This document shows positions 8,554 to 18,218 of a DNA stretch of 64,000 nucleotides, piece by piece. The stretch is taken from sequence record OU509535.1; one strand, given 5' to 3'. Numbering within the stretch: the stretch's first letter is position 1; each line of letters opens with the position of its first letter. A program made the position numbers and the translations under genes. Below the pieces are notes generated by a model that saw only the letters and a program-made list of their open reading frames with translations, was not told the DNA's origin and did not search any database.

Positions 8554-9084
8554 ATGAAGCACTGGTCATATAAAAAAAGATTAAAGAAGAATAAATGGTA
8601 TCCAAGATATGATTACATACCATGGATATCGAGTTTTGCAAGATTATCTGCTTTATCTAAAAAATGTACTATTAATAAATTTCAAGTAAGTGATATAAGC
8701 ACTAAAGGTGTATATAAAGTAAAAGTTAACCCAAATGATGAAATTGGTATTTGTTTATTGAATTACAATGAATTTAGTATTAACTATATATCTTCTGCGG
8801 TGAAATATTTAAATATACTAAGTACTAATTATGAATTTTCAGATTTTTTTACTGGAGGCCGCCGACGTATAATTTGTACTAAATATTACGAAACTATTTC
8901 TAATGATATAGATTTTTCAAATTTAACTGAAGAGGAATATTTTCAGTACAGTACGTTATATGATAATCTTGATGATTTAGTCAAACTTAATACATTGTTT
9001 AAATGTATTGAAGAAAAAACCAAAGACAAATTTACATTAATGAATTTTCTACGTGGAATTCAGAAATTTGAGGCTGAACAATGA
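8554..9084 (+). CDS. paralog family A (EExFQ(Y/L)ST)
   Basis: DFSNLTEEEYFQYSTLYD. Confidence 0.8.
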   Translation: MKHWSYKKRLKKNKWYPRYDYIPWISSFARLSALSKKCTINKFQVSDISTKGVYKVKVNPNDEIGICLLNYNEFSINYISSAVKYLNILSTNYEFSDFFTGGRRRIICTKYYETISNDIDFSNLTEEEYFQYSTLYDNLDDLVKLNTLFKCIEEKTKDKFTLMNFLRGIQKFEAEQ

Positions 9085-9488
9085 AAACGGTACTCGTTTA
9101 TCGAGTTGAACTGTGTTTTACTGCTATCAGTATTAGTGGTATGAATTATGCTCAACAAGGACCATATACTACATATGATGCATGGATGAGCAAAGACAAT
9201 GGATATAAACCGTGTTTAGTTTCATACGATCCAATTAATCAGCCTGAACCTGAAAATGATGGATTAGAACATACATTTGCAGTAATTTATGGATTTCGTG
9301 ATAAAAACCAAATGTTTGATTGGTTTTGTTGTGATATCGTCTCTTTACATTATGCTGGATTTGTGTTAAGCGTATATGAAGTACCAATTGAAGATGTAAA
9401 TTATGGTAGAAAACAGTTGAATTTTTATCCAAATGAGAGTAGACTTATCTCTGTAGAATCGTTGTTGGACATTGCAGAGGATTATTAA
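9081..9488 (+). CDS. hypothetical phage protein
   Basis: ORF track; GAGG RBS. Confidence 0.8.
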   Translation: MKTVLVYRVELCFTAISISGMNYAQQGPYTTYDAWMSKDNGYKPCLVSYDPINQPEPENDGLEHTFAVIYGFRDKNQMFDWFCCDIVSLHYAGFVLSVYEVPIEDVNYGRKQLNFYPNESRLISVESLLDIAEDY

Positions 9489-9772
9489 TGAAAACTGTGA
9501 CAATCAAAGAAATCCAAAATAATTGGCAAGATTTAATTGAATTTAAATATAATTTTGAAGAATACAAGAAGGATACAGCGGCAAGAAATGCTTTAAATTC
9601 TGCATTTGGTTGTAAGTTAAAAGCAGCATTCTGTACTGTATATCCTGCTGTGACAGTTGATAAAACAGGCATCGATTTTGGTGCAGCACGTATTATTTTC
9701 ATTACAGAGAAAGGTGATGTAAGAATGATCTCTTCTTCTGAATGGGGTGGTATCAGTACTAAATTAAATTAA
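9488..9772 (+). CDS. hypothetical protein
   Basis: ORF track; GAGG RBS. Confidence 0.8.
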   Translation: MKTVTIKEIQNNWQDLIEFKYNFEEYKKDTAARNALNSAFGCKLKAAFCTVYPAVTVDKTGIDFGAARIIFITEKGDVRMISSSEWGGISTKLN

Positions 9773-9784
9773 AGGTATATTCCC

Positions 9785-10273
9785 ATGAAACCAAATAATG
9801 TTATTGTTAATGTTCCTGAATTCCATAATGTTGTTGTGCAAGGAAAGGATTATATGACATTGGGATGTTGTGGATATGAATTGTTTACAGTACTAAAAGA
9901 CCATAAACAAGATGATCGTCATCATGTTATTGTACAAAATACTGGATATCTTTGTACTATTGATAATAGTCCAAATATGCTCGCAGAGAATCCAACAACA
10001 ATTCAAAAATACTTAATTGAAAATCATGGTAATGACGCTGGTTTATTCTCTTTCAGTGACATGACCGAAGAAGAAGTAAATGGTTTTATTCCCCTTGATA
10101 AAAATAAAAATACACCTGTAGTATTTTTATACGAAGATGATGCATTCATTTATCGTGACAAACTTTATATTCTCATCAATGGAGAAGAAAAGACTTTTCA
10201 TGAAATTAGTGCTGATAAGAAATATATTTTTACTGTAGTACTCAATCGTATTAATGAAGTACTGATGGATTGA
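9785..10273 (+). CDS. hypothetical protein
   Basis: ORF track. Confidence 0.8.
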   Translation: MKPNNVIVNVPEFHNVVVQGKDYMTLGCCGYELFTVLKDHKQDDRHHVIVQNTGYLCTIDNSPNMLAENPTTIQKYLIENHGNDAGLFSFSDMTEEEVNGFIPLDKNKNTPVVFLYEDDAFIYRDKLYILINGEEKTFHEISADKKYIFTVVLNRINEVLMD

Positions 10274-10278
10274 TATTA

Positions 10279-10315
10279 AAAATGGTTGACTTTATGTCAA
10301 CCATTTTGTTATTAT
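10279..10315 (+). promoter_or_regulatory. terminator/promoter fusion cassette
   Basis: aaaatggTTGAC-ttta-tgtcaaccatttt hairpin then TGtTATTAT. Confidence 0.7.
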
Positions 10316-10348
10316 ACGCATATATTAAGTCAATAAGGATTTATTTTA

Positions 10349-10651
10349 ATGAAAAATAAATTAGTGCTTACTATCATTTTTTTAATTCCATCAATCCCTT
10401 CATATGCAGGTAAATTGAGTGAGCCAGTTTGTGAAGTACGAGTATGTAATAAAATTTCTCGTTTTTCTTTAGATATTATGTCACATATTAAAGATAAAAT
10501 GGGTGAGAAATGTGATACTGTATTATTACCCAAATCAGAATCATATGTCGGTAATGTATTATCTTCAGAAAGCCGCTGGTATCAAGGTAGTTCGATCAAT
10601 CCGACAAAGAAATCAGTGACGAAAGTTGTAGAAGTAATTGAATGTCAATGA
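10349..10651 (+). CDS. signal-peptide, Cys-containing small protein
   Basis: hydrophobic N-terminus ending PSYA; four Cys. Confidence 0.75.
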   Translation: MKNKLVLTIIFLIPSIPSYAGKLSEPVCEVRVCNKISRFSLDIMSHIKDKMGEKCDTVLLPKSESYVGNVLSSESRWYQGSSINPTKKSVTKVVEVIECQ

Positions 10652-10671
10652 TTAATAATTAAAGCCATTAA

Positions 10672-10714
10672 AAAAAGGTTGACTTCGGTCAGCCTTTTTG
10701 CTATTGTATAAATA
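10672..10714 (+). promoter_or_regulatory. terminator/promoter cassette followed by TATAAATA (possible late promoter)
   Basis: aggTTGACttcggtcagcctttt; TATAAATA at 10707-10714. Confidence 0.6.
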
Positions 10715-10751
10715 TACTCATAGGAATAGAATACTATAGAGGAATAATACA

Positions 10752-12446
10752 ATGCCTGGTCAATTCACTGACAAAAATGGCGGTAACATGGCAGGTCACA
10801 GCGACAAGTGGTCTGATAAGAACCGTCGCCCGAATTCATATCAAGCAGGTCAAGGTTCAAGAGGTTCACGAAATCAAGGTACTGGTCTTGCTGGTAAAGC
10901 AAATACTGTATCAAGTGATGAAGTAGATACTTCTAAAATGAATCCAGAAGAAAAGTTGCGTTATTTTAATAAACTTGGACTTCTTAATCCAACACAAAAA
11001 CAGCAACTTGCTGATATTGATGCTAAAAAAGCACAATCCAGTACTGCAAATGTTGAACCAGTACAGAAACCTAGTACTGAACAACCTAAACCAGATGTTA
11101 ATCCAGTAAAAGAATTATCTGATAAATTAGGTAAAATTTTCGCTAATAAACCACAATTAATTCAGGGTATCGTGAAAGCATTACAATCTGTGCCGAAAGA
11201 ACAATTAAAAGATAAAGCACAAGCTGTATTGAAAGCTATGAATAACAATACCAGTACTGAACCAACTGAAGTATTCAGTACTGTAATGCAAGCAATTGAA
11301 GGTTCTCCTGAAAAGGATGAAGATGATATTGATTTCGATGAAAAAGAACCAGTTAAATCTGAACCAGAAGAAGGTTCTATTGACTGGATCCGTAAAATAC
11401 ATAAGTTTGTTTTTGATAAGTATTTTAATCAAGATTTTGATAGTTATAAATCTTATAGGGATTTACTAAAAAATAAACACGATGCTAATATTTTTCAGGA
11501 TTATCTTGAAAAAATGGAAAAAAATCCAAAAATCAAACCATTATATGATCTAGCTATGCATAAATTAAATGACTTCGATCCAGAAGAAGGTGAAGATTCC
11601 AAATTCATTAACATTGGTGACGCAGTATTCAGTATCATCAAAGATGGTGAAAATGTGCAGCAAAGTGCCGGTACTGAAGAAAGTGATAAGTACGCTCAGG
11701 ATTATGAAAGAGAAGAAGAAAAAAGTCGTGATCTAGAACGTCAATACAGTACTATGTCAGAGAATGATTTTAGAAAAGATTTTCATTTCTTAGATAGTAA
11801 AGATGTAGAAGCATTAATTAAACAAGCTAAGCAATTCAAAAATTATCAATCAGCACTATCAGCTATTGCTTCTGGTGTTGATAATAGTACAGATGGTGAT
11901 AACAATGAAATTCTTTCTTCCATGTATGCTATCGCTGATGATTTAGGTAGTATGGGATTTGAATTGAAAGATAACGATAACAGTACTTCAGATAATAATG
12001 AATATGGTTTTGTTATGTCTCCAGAAGAATTATCATCTACTGGAAAACATAGTTATAATAATGATCCAGAAGTATATCAACAGCCAACATTGGATGATGC
12101 CTTAGTACTTGCACGTAAACATGCAGCGGCTGCACGTAAAGAAGATTTTGATAAATTCTTGAAATATGTAGCTGATGGTATGAAAGAACAGGGTACTAAA
12201 CCAGCAATTATTAACAGAACTCTTAGTCATTATATGCATGAACTAAAAAATAATGGTTTTAAATTTCAATCTGCACTAAATTCTATGGTAGATAATGCCG
12301 AGGCTTATGATCCAGATGATGATTATGGTACTGAATTTGACCACAACATAGCTTCATTTGAAGGTGGGATGGAAAACTATGATAAAGATCAATCAAAATA
12401 TGAAGATCAAATAATTCACGTTTACAATCAATTACACGGAAAATAA
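10752..12446 (+). CDS. large acidic hypothetical protein (564 aa)
   Basis: long ORF, GAGG RBS; G/S/N-rich N-terminus, D/E-rich body; no family recognised. Confidence 0.9.
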   Translation: MPGQFTDKNGGNMAGHSDKWSDKNRRPNSYQAGQGSRGSRNQGTGLAGKANTVSSDEVDTSKMNPEEKLRYFNKLGLLNPTQKQQLADIDAKKAQSSTANVEPVQKPSTEQPKPDVNPVKELSDKLGKIFANKPQLIQGIVKALQSVPKEQLKDKAQAVLKAMNNNTSTEPTEVFSTVMQAIEGSPEKDEDDIDFDEKEPVKSEPEEGSIDWIRKIHKFVFDKYFNQDFDSYKSYRDLLKNKHDANIFQDYLEKMEKNPKIKPLYDLAMHKLNDFDPEEGEDSKFINIGDAVFSIIKDGENVQQSAGTEESDKYAQDYEREEEKSRDLERQYSTMSENDFRKDFHFLDSKDVEALIKQAKQFKNYQSALSAIASGVDNSTDGDNNEILSSMYAIADDLGSMGFELKDNDNSTSDNNEYGFVMSPEELSSTGKHSYNNDPEVYQQPTLDDALVLARKHAAAARKEDFDKFLKYVADGMKEQGTKPAIINRTLSHYMHELKNNGFKFQSALNSMVDNAEAYDPDDDYGTEFDHNIASFEGGMENYDKDQSKYEDQIIHVYNQLHGK

Positions 12447-12450
12447 TAAA

Positions 12451-12486
12451 AAAGGGGTTGACTTAGGTCAGCCCTTTTGTTATTAT
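12451..12486 (+). promoter_or_regulatory. terminator/promoter fusion cassette
   Basis: gggTTGACttaggtcagccctttt-g-t-TATTAT. Confidence 0.75.
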
Positions 12487-12517
12487 ATATACATCCAAAC
12501 AAAATAGGAATACTACA

Positions 12518-12910
12518 ATGTCTTTAATTAAATTGGAAACTCATATCGCTGCTATCGAATCCATGATGAAACAACTGGATGTTCTTGAACTGACAACTGA
12601 TAGTCCAGTACTGAATCACTGTCTCAGCCTTGAAGATATGGGTGAATTGGGTAATGGTATTGAAGCCATTCGCCGTAATCTGATTAATGCTAAAGAATGG
12701 GCTGTTGAGCAATATAATACACAAGTGTTACAATTATCATACACTACTAACAAAGGTGATTTTGCTCGTTTCCACGGTACTAAAGATGAACTTCGTAAAT
12801 TCTGGAATTCATCAAAAGATAATATGAAGTACGTTGAAATCTATTACAATTATTCTCGTGCTCCAATATGTGGTGATAAAGCTGTTGGAATATTTTTATC
12901 CACAAATTAA
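12518..12910 (+). CDS. hypothetical protein
   Basis: ORF track; AGGA RBS. Confidence 0.8.
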   Translation: MSLIKLETHIAAIESMMKQLDVLELTTDSPVLNHCLSLEDMGELGNGIEAIRRNLINAKEWAVEQYNTQVLQLSYTTNKGDFARFHGTKDELRKFWNSSKDNMKYVEIYYNYSRAPICGDKAVGIFLSTN

Positions 12911-12913
12911 TTA

Positions 12914-12949
12914 AAAAGGGTTGATTTCGGTCAGCCCTTTTGTTATCAT
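12914..12949 (+). promoter_or_regulatory. terminator/promoter fusion cassette
   Basis: gggTTGATttcggtcagccctttt-gt-TATCAT. Confidence 0.7.
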
Positions 12950-12987
12950 ATCAGTACTGAATAGTTAATTTAAAAGGATATCACATC

Positions 12988-13539
12988 ATGATCGTATCTG
13001 TACAGCCATTTGTGCATGGAACTTTTGTTCTTAAAATTGAAAGTGGATACAAAATGGGTCAATTCGTTAGTAAACCAAAGCTTAAAGATACTGATATCGA
13101 ATTTCCAGTAACATTCGGCACTGAAGCGTCTGCATTAAAATGGGCAATTGAAACTGGATATCAAATTTTCAAATACCATGATGAAATTCTTCCTACTGAA
13201 GAAAAGAAAAAACTAGATACTAATGATTATAAAATCTTACACGCCGCCTTACAAAAAATAATGGAAGGCGAACGCAATGAAGATTATGGCATTTGTTATA
13301 ATCTACAATCTAAAGTACTAAACTGTATTGAAAAACGATTCATTTATCAATTCCTCCAAGAATCACTAAAAAGTATTCTTGGTGGTAAATGTGGTCAATA
13401 TCCAATTGAAGGGTCGTATGAAGATTTCAAACGAAACAATGAAAAATGGAATACATTTACTGAATTCGGATTTAAGCGTTTAAATCTACTTAAATCAATG
13501 ATTGAGCGTACTGAAAAACTTTCTTTGGGAGAAAAATAA
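12988..13539 (+). CDS. hypothetical protein, C-terminal YPIEGS domain
   Basis: GICYNL...YPIEGS...RLNLLKSMI, paralogous to 17726. Confidence 0.8.
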   Translation: MIVSVQPFVHGTFVLKIESGYKMGQFVSKPKLKDTDIEFPVTFGTEASALKWAIETGYQIFKYHDEILPTEEKKKLDTNDYKILHAALQKIMEGERNEDYGICYNLQSKVLNCIEKRFIYQFLQESLKSILGGKCGQYPIEGSYEDFKRNNEKWNTFTEFGFKRLNLLKSMIERTEKLSLGEK

Positions 13540-13961
13540 TGTCCAACTGTCCACATTGTAATAAAGAATTAAAAATTGACTACTGTGTATATATGAATGT
13601 AGAGACTTATGGTAAATCCGCATTAGCAACATCTAAATGTTGTGGGCGTGCTGTGGTGGTTTCTCGTGTAGTCAACTTTGGTATCAGTGCTTATAATGGT
13701 GAACGAACTGAAGATGATTGGGGTAACAGTATTCTTCATACAACTCCAGTATCACAAAGTTGTATCAATGATGAATTGGCTATTAATGTTACTGAACTTT
13801 TAAAAGCAGATAGACTATATGAAGCATTGGAAATTATTCGTGGTATTAAAAATCCACTGACTGCTGGTTGGTTAGTACAAGAAGTATTAAATGAATTAAA
13901 TGTTCCAAGTCGTACACAAACAAAAAACTGGCTAATTAATGCTCTTTATAATGGTAAATGA
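13539..13961 (+). CDS. hypothetical protein with N-terminal zinc-ribbon motif
   Basis: CPHC...CCG. Confidence 0.75.
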   Translation: MSNCPHCNKELKIDYCVYMNVETYGKSALATSKCCGRAVVVSRVVNFGISAYNGERTEDDWGNSILHTTPVSQSCINDELAINVTELLKADRLYEALEIIRGIKNPLTAGWLVQEVLNELNVPSRTQTKNWLINALYNGK

Positions 13962-14281
13962 TTATGTTTGAATTATACAGATTCGCTGGAATTGCTATTG
14001 TTTTATTGGGATTTATGTATATTTTAATTTGCCTTTTGTTGAAATTTTTCAAATACAATACATTATTGAATAAAATTTTTCCAAAAGGAATTGATGACAT
14101 AGACAGGTGTGGTTTTTTAATTACTTTTTCTATATTTGGATTATGTTCGTTGCTTTTTGATATATCGGTACCAACGGCGTGCGTAAGTGCATTTCTTTCT
14201 TCTATAATTTTGTTTACATTAATTGTATGTCTAGCAATTAATGTGCTAATTTCATTTCATAAAAAATTACCAGAAAGGTAA
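13958..14281 (+). CDS. 3-TM membrane protein, family D outlier
   Basis: ends ISFHKKLPER like array at 24-26.8 kb. Confidence 0.7.
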   Translation: MIMFELYRFAGIAIVLLGFMYILICLLLKFFKYNTLLNKIFPKGIDDIDRCGFLITFSIFGLCSLLFDISVPTACVSAFLSSIILFTLIVCLAINVLISFHKKLPER

Positions 14282-14312
14282 TATTGTAGTACTAAAAAAT
14301 AAAAACCAAAAG

Positions 14313-14338
14313 ACCACTTTAATATAAGTGGTTTTTTT
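14313..14338 (+). terminator. intrinsic terminator
   Basis: accactt-taatat-aagtggt + T run. Confidence 0.6.
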
Positions 14339-14356
14339 ATATTATAAGGAATAATT

Positions 14357-14731
14357 ATGTTGATCAAAGAAACTGGTAGTAAAGTTAATTTTATTGATGT
14401 AAACGATGTATACGTAGGATATGATATTAGCCAGTCCTGTTGTGAACACGCTGGTTGGTTTATTCATCCAATGCAATGTGAATCACCATATATTGAGGAA
14501 TATGGTGATTCATACAGTGGTATTGTTAATAAAGAATTTGATTTAAATGGATTTGTATTTGATACTAAGTTTGTTGAATACTCAACCAAAGATACAGATT
14601 CTGGTGCAATGGTTATTTTCCGCATGGTTAAAGGTAATAATCAATTGTTTTTGCATCTATTCAATGTCCATAACGGATACTATGGTCATGGTTTTGATAC
14701 CAATCTTCCATGTGGGAATGGTTGTTTGTAA
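14357..14731 (+). CDS. hypothetical phage protein
   Basis: SCCEHAGW and HNGYYGHGF motifs; AAGGA RBS. Confidence 0.8.
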   Translation: MLIKETGSKVNFIDVNDVYVGYDISQSCCEHAGWFIHPMQCESPYIEEYGDSYSGIVNKEFDLNGFVFDTKFVEYSTKDTDSGAMVIFRMVKGNNQLFLHLFNVHNGYYGHGFDTNLPCGNGCL

Positions 14732-14743
14732 GAAATTAATATT

Positions 14744-14776
14744 AAGGTTGACTTCGGTCAACCTTTTTGCTATTAT
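14744..14776 (+). promoter_or_regulatory. terminator/promoter fusion cassette
   Basis: aggTTGACttcggtcaaccttttt-gc-TATTAT. Confidence 0.75.
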
Positions 14777-14808
14777 GTAATTACAATTGTATACCGAGGA
14801 TATTTAAT

Positions 14809-15063
14809 ATGTTCGCATTGCAAAATAAAAATACTAAACAGATAATGAAAGTATCTTATTATTTCACGAATAGTGATGCAGGGGTAGAATTTGATTCACA
14901 TGGTGATTATTTTTATTTAGAAAATGATCGTGAAGAACTGGAAAAACTACTTGAATTCTATCGTGAAGAAGGTAAAATAACACAGTTTGATGATTATCCA
15001 GAATGTGGGGTAGGAGAGTTGGATGGTTACGAAATAGTTGAAATTGAATTGGTAGTTAAATGA
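14809..15063 (+). CDS. hypothetical protein
   Basis: start moved to ATG after GAGGA. Confidence 0.75.
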   Translation: MFALQNKNTKQIMKVSYYFTNSDAGVEFDSHGDYFYLENDREELEKLLEFYREEGKITQFDDYPECGVGELDGYEIVEIELVVK

Positions 15064-15084
15064 AAACACATTAGGAATTATATC

Positions 15085-15267
15085 ATGAAAAACATCATCA
15101 AAAAAGATTCAGGCGGTTATTCTGTAGTATTGAATGGTATCGTTATTGGCGACGCAACAACCATGAAAGAAGCACGTAATATGATTGCTCAATACAAACG
15201 CAAACTTAAATACTCAAATTTAGTTCATAAGTATACTAAATTTTCCAACGATTTTAAGTCGAAATAA
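15085..15267 (+). CDS. small basic hypothetical protein
   Basis: ORF track; AGGA RBS. Confidence 0.7.
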   Translation: MKNIIKKDSGGYSVVLNGIVIGDATTMKEARNMIAQYKRKLKYSNLVHKYTKFSNDFKSK

Positions 15268-15271
15268 AAAT

Positions 15272-15655
15272 ATGAAAATTCAATTAAGTACTACAATACA
15301 AGACACAGAAAACAAAGATGATGTTGAAGTACAAGTTTCTGTTGATGTTACAAAACAAGATTCAGTACTAATTAGTGTTGGTGGTAAAACTTTTAAGTTA
15401 ACAGATATCGAACGTATCATTGATTGTGCTGATAAATTAGTTAATTTAAGTACCGAATTCAATGAAGAAGATAGTACTGAAGTATCTGATTTAAAATATT
15501 TTGATATTGATTTCTTTAATCAACAGGGTGAACACAATAAAGTAACACTTTTAGCAAAAGATCCAGCACAAGCTGTGATATCTTTCTATGGTTCTGCTCA
15601 TGCGGAACTCCACCCAAACTCTACAATTGTCAGCGTAATGCTGAAAAAATATTGA
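15272..15655 (+). CDS. hypothetical protein
   Basis: ORF track. Confidence 0.75.
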   Translation: MKIQLSTTIQDTENKDDVEVQVSVDVTKQDSVLISVGGKTFKLTDIERIIDCADKLVNLSTEFNEEDSTEVSDLKYFDIDFFNQQGEHNKVTLLAKDPAQAVISFYGSAHAELHPNSTIVSVMLKKY

Positions 15656-15712
15656 CAGTATGGTTTTCTTTTGATATTATGTATACATGTTGAGTGTACA
15701 GAGGATTTAATC

Positions 15713-15985
15713 ATGCATGGCGTATTGACTTCACAAAGTATGAAAGTTGTATTCAAAGGTGAAGATGAAATCAGTTTAGAATCTGAGATTGTTCAAGAAT
15801 GTCGCAGCTTTTCTGAGTTTAAAGACTTAGACATTCATACACACGGTGATTATTTTCATCACTATACAATTCAGTACAGTACTAATAGTATTGAACCGAA
15901 AAACTTTGCACCACAAATTATGAAAGCAGCACTGCTATTGATTTCAATTGCAACAAAACGTGGATTAGTACTAGTTAATTTATAA
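15713..15985 (+). CDS. hypothetical protein
   Basis: start moved to ATG after GAGGA; upstream TTGACA promoter. Confidence 0.75.
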   Translation: MHGVLTSQSMKVVFKGEDEISLESEIVQECRSFSEFKDLDIHTHGDYFHHYTIQYSTNSIEPKNFAPQIMKAALLLISIATKRGLVLVNL

Positions 15986-16065
15986 TAGTGTTTGACAAAT
16001 CTTAATGACTGCGGTACTATATCTATGTACCGCAAAACAACAAATTTTAATCTAAGGATATAAAC

Positions 16066-16653
16066 ATGAACGTTACTTTCCATAAAACTGCTAACCACAA
16101 ACATGAAATCCACATCAATGGTTTTAAAGCTGGTCTTATTCAACTTCTATCACATCATCCTGATCATAAAGTTAATGAGGAACAGCGTATGGATTGGCGT
16201 GTATTCTTTTGGGGAAAATATCAACAATTCCAAATGGATTATCGTGCAGTAGGTATCTGGCCTCAGACTCGCGGTTGCAATAGTGATATCTCTCTGAATC
16301 AAATGAAAAAAGATTTGGAATTTCTTTTGCAAAATAATATCGATATTGTTCTTCCTAAAAAGTATTTTGAAGATAAAGGATATGTATTCGCCCATTTCAA
16401 TGACGGTGATATCTATACTATTGATACTGAATATCAAGATAAATGGACAGAATATTTCCATATCGGAGGAAAACATCATCTGTTTGCATCTGAACACGAA
16501 CTGACTGAACGCGTACAAAAACTGTTTGATTATGAAAAACGTAATTACGCTGGTAAACCCCACTTATTGAGTGAAAATAAAATCCTGGATATTGAATATC
16601 GTATGGTAAATGCAATGTTCGATACTTCTTATTATAATAGCATTAAGGATTAA
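16066..16653 (+). CDS. hypothetical protein
   Basis: ORF track; AAGGA RBS. Confidence 0.85.
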   Translation: MNVTFHKTANHKHEIHINGFKAGLIQLLSHHPDHKVNEEQRMDWRVFFWGKYQQFQMDYRAVGIWPQTRGCNSDISLNQMKKDLEFLLQNNIDIVLPKKYFEDKGYVFAHFNDGDIYTIDTEYQDKWTEYFHIGGKHHLFASEHELTERVQKLFDYEKRNYAGKPHLLSENKILDIEYRMVNAMFDTSYYNSIKD

Positions 16654-16654
16654 C

Positions 16655-17242
16655 ATGTTAGTTAAACTACATTTTGATTTAGAAAAAATGAATGCTGAAG
16701 GTGCCAGAAATGGCACCTCGTATGAAGTAATCGATCACGATGGAAAGTATGCTCATATTGTGAAAGTAGATTATTCTCATTCATTGTGGAATGGTTTTGG
16801 TGCAGAAGGTGTTCATGATATTGATTTCTTAATTGAACATCAACCTGGTGTATATGAAACTCTAAGTGCAAACTTTCATTTAGAGATCGAAGAAACACAA
16901 ATGAAAATTTGTGATAAGGATAACATTACCACAAACGGTGAAGTACTTGGATACGATGAATATGAACCGTATAGTACTGAATTCTTACCAAGTTATGGTG
17001 TATGTGATAACATCGAACAAGTATTAGAACTATATAAACCTTGTATTGATCATAGTACTAATAAATTTGTTATTTCATTGACACCTATATATAAAAATAC
17101 ACAACCAGAATTACATGGCTGGCGTTGGCATAAATGGGGTGAGTATATTGGTACTCAAGAAATTACAACCGAATACATTGCTGATGAACCACTAATTGAA
17201 ATGGTATATTGCTTCCATATCTATTGTGTAGAAGAAAAATAA
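16655..17242 (+). CDS. hypothetical protein, GWRWHKWGxYIG domain
   Basis: paralog of 5598; start moved to ATG after AAGGA. Confidence 0.85.
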   Translation: MLVKLHFDLEKMNAEGARNGTSYEVIDHDGKYAHIVKVDYSHSLWNGFGAEGVHDIDFLIEHQPGVYETLSANFHLEIEETQMKICDKDNITTNGEVLGYDEYEPYSTEFLPSYGVCDNIEQVLELYKPCIDHSTNKFVISLTPIYKNTQPELHGWRWHKWGEYIGTQEITTEYIADEPLIEMVYCFHIYCVEEK

Positions 17243-17243
17243 T

Positions 17244-17281
17244 AAAAGGGGTTGACTTATGTCGACCCTTTTTGTTATAAT
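17244..17281 (+). promoter_or_regulatory. terminator/promoter fusion cassette
   Basis: gggTTGACttatgtcgaccctttt-tgt-TATAAT. Confidence 0.7.
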
Positions 17282-17313
17282 AAAATCATATTAATTAAAA
17301 GTGATAATCAATT

Positions 17314-17712
17314 ATGTCAAAATATCGTTCAGTACTTAAAGTAAAGAAAGAAGAAATTAAACCAGAAATGTTTGAAAATAAGAAAAGTTATGAATACTTT
17401 ATGACTTTGTATTATGAATTTCGTTGGTTGGAATTATTACGTAAACAAGGTGCAATCATCTTTATGGATGGTGAACCTATGGATAAAAAAGAATTTTTCT
17501 CTTTCGGTATTGATGATGATGGAACTATGCCACGTCTTGGAACCAGTACTACTAATAATAGTATGACTGTGTATTGTGGTTTTACTTATGGTAACAAACC
17601 AAATACAGTATTCGTTTATAAGAAAGAGATCAATGAAGCATTGAAAAATATCACTTACGTAGAAAAGAAAGATATTAAAAAATTCACTACACAAAAATAT
17701 TCATTTCAATAA
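17314..17712 (+). CDS. hypothetical protein
   Basis: ORF track. Confidence 0.8.
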   Translation: MSKYRSVLKVKKEEIKPEMFENKKSYEYFMTLYYEFRWLELLRKQGAIIFMDGEPMDKKEFFSFGIDDDGTMPRLGTSTTNNSMTVYCGFTYGNKPNTVFVYKKEINEALKNITYVEKKDIKKFTTQKYSFQ

Positions 17713-17725
17713 AGGAATAGAAAAT

Positions 17726-18157
17726 ATGTTCCAAAAAGAAACAGTACTTAAAAAATTAGATGAATGTATTGATACTCTTCAATATTATATTTCTGAATCA
17801 AATAGTAGTACTGAAATTTTAGATCATACTTCAATACTTAATAAAAAAAAGAAAAAGAATTATAAATTGATTCTTTCTGCTCTTGAAGAAATTAAAAGTG
17901 GGAACAGAAATGAACTTCATGGTATTTGTAACAACTTGTACTTTAAAGTGGACAATACCGATATGGTAGAGGAATTTATTAAGTATTCTTTTAATAGCAT
18001 TTATGGAAGTAATCATGATTATCCAATTGAGGGTTCTCGATTTCACTATCAAATGAATAAAAACAAATGGGACGAATCAACAGTACACGGTAAAAATCGA
18101 TTAAATCTTTTGGACTCGATGATTCAGTACTGTAAATGTCGATTGCTTTCTATTTAA
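17726..18157 (+). CDS. hypothetical protein, YPIEGS domain
   Basis: paralog of 12988 C-terminus. Confidence 0.8.
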   Translation: MFQKETVLKKLDECIDTLQYYISESNSSTEILDHTSILNKKKKKNYKLILSALEEIKSGNRNELHGICNNLYFKVDNTDMVEEFIKYSFNSIYGSNHDYPIEGSRFHYQMNKNKWDESTVHGKNRLNLLDSMIQYCKCRLLSI

Positions 18158-18218
18158 AAATATTAAAATATATGTATCCTCTTTAAATTCTAAATATATT
18201 AAAAAGGGGATACATTAA

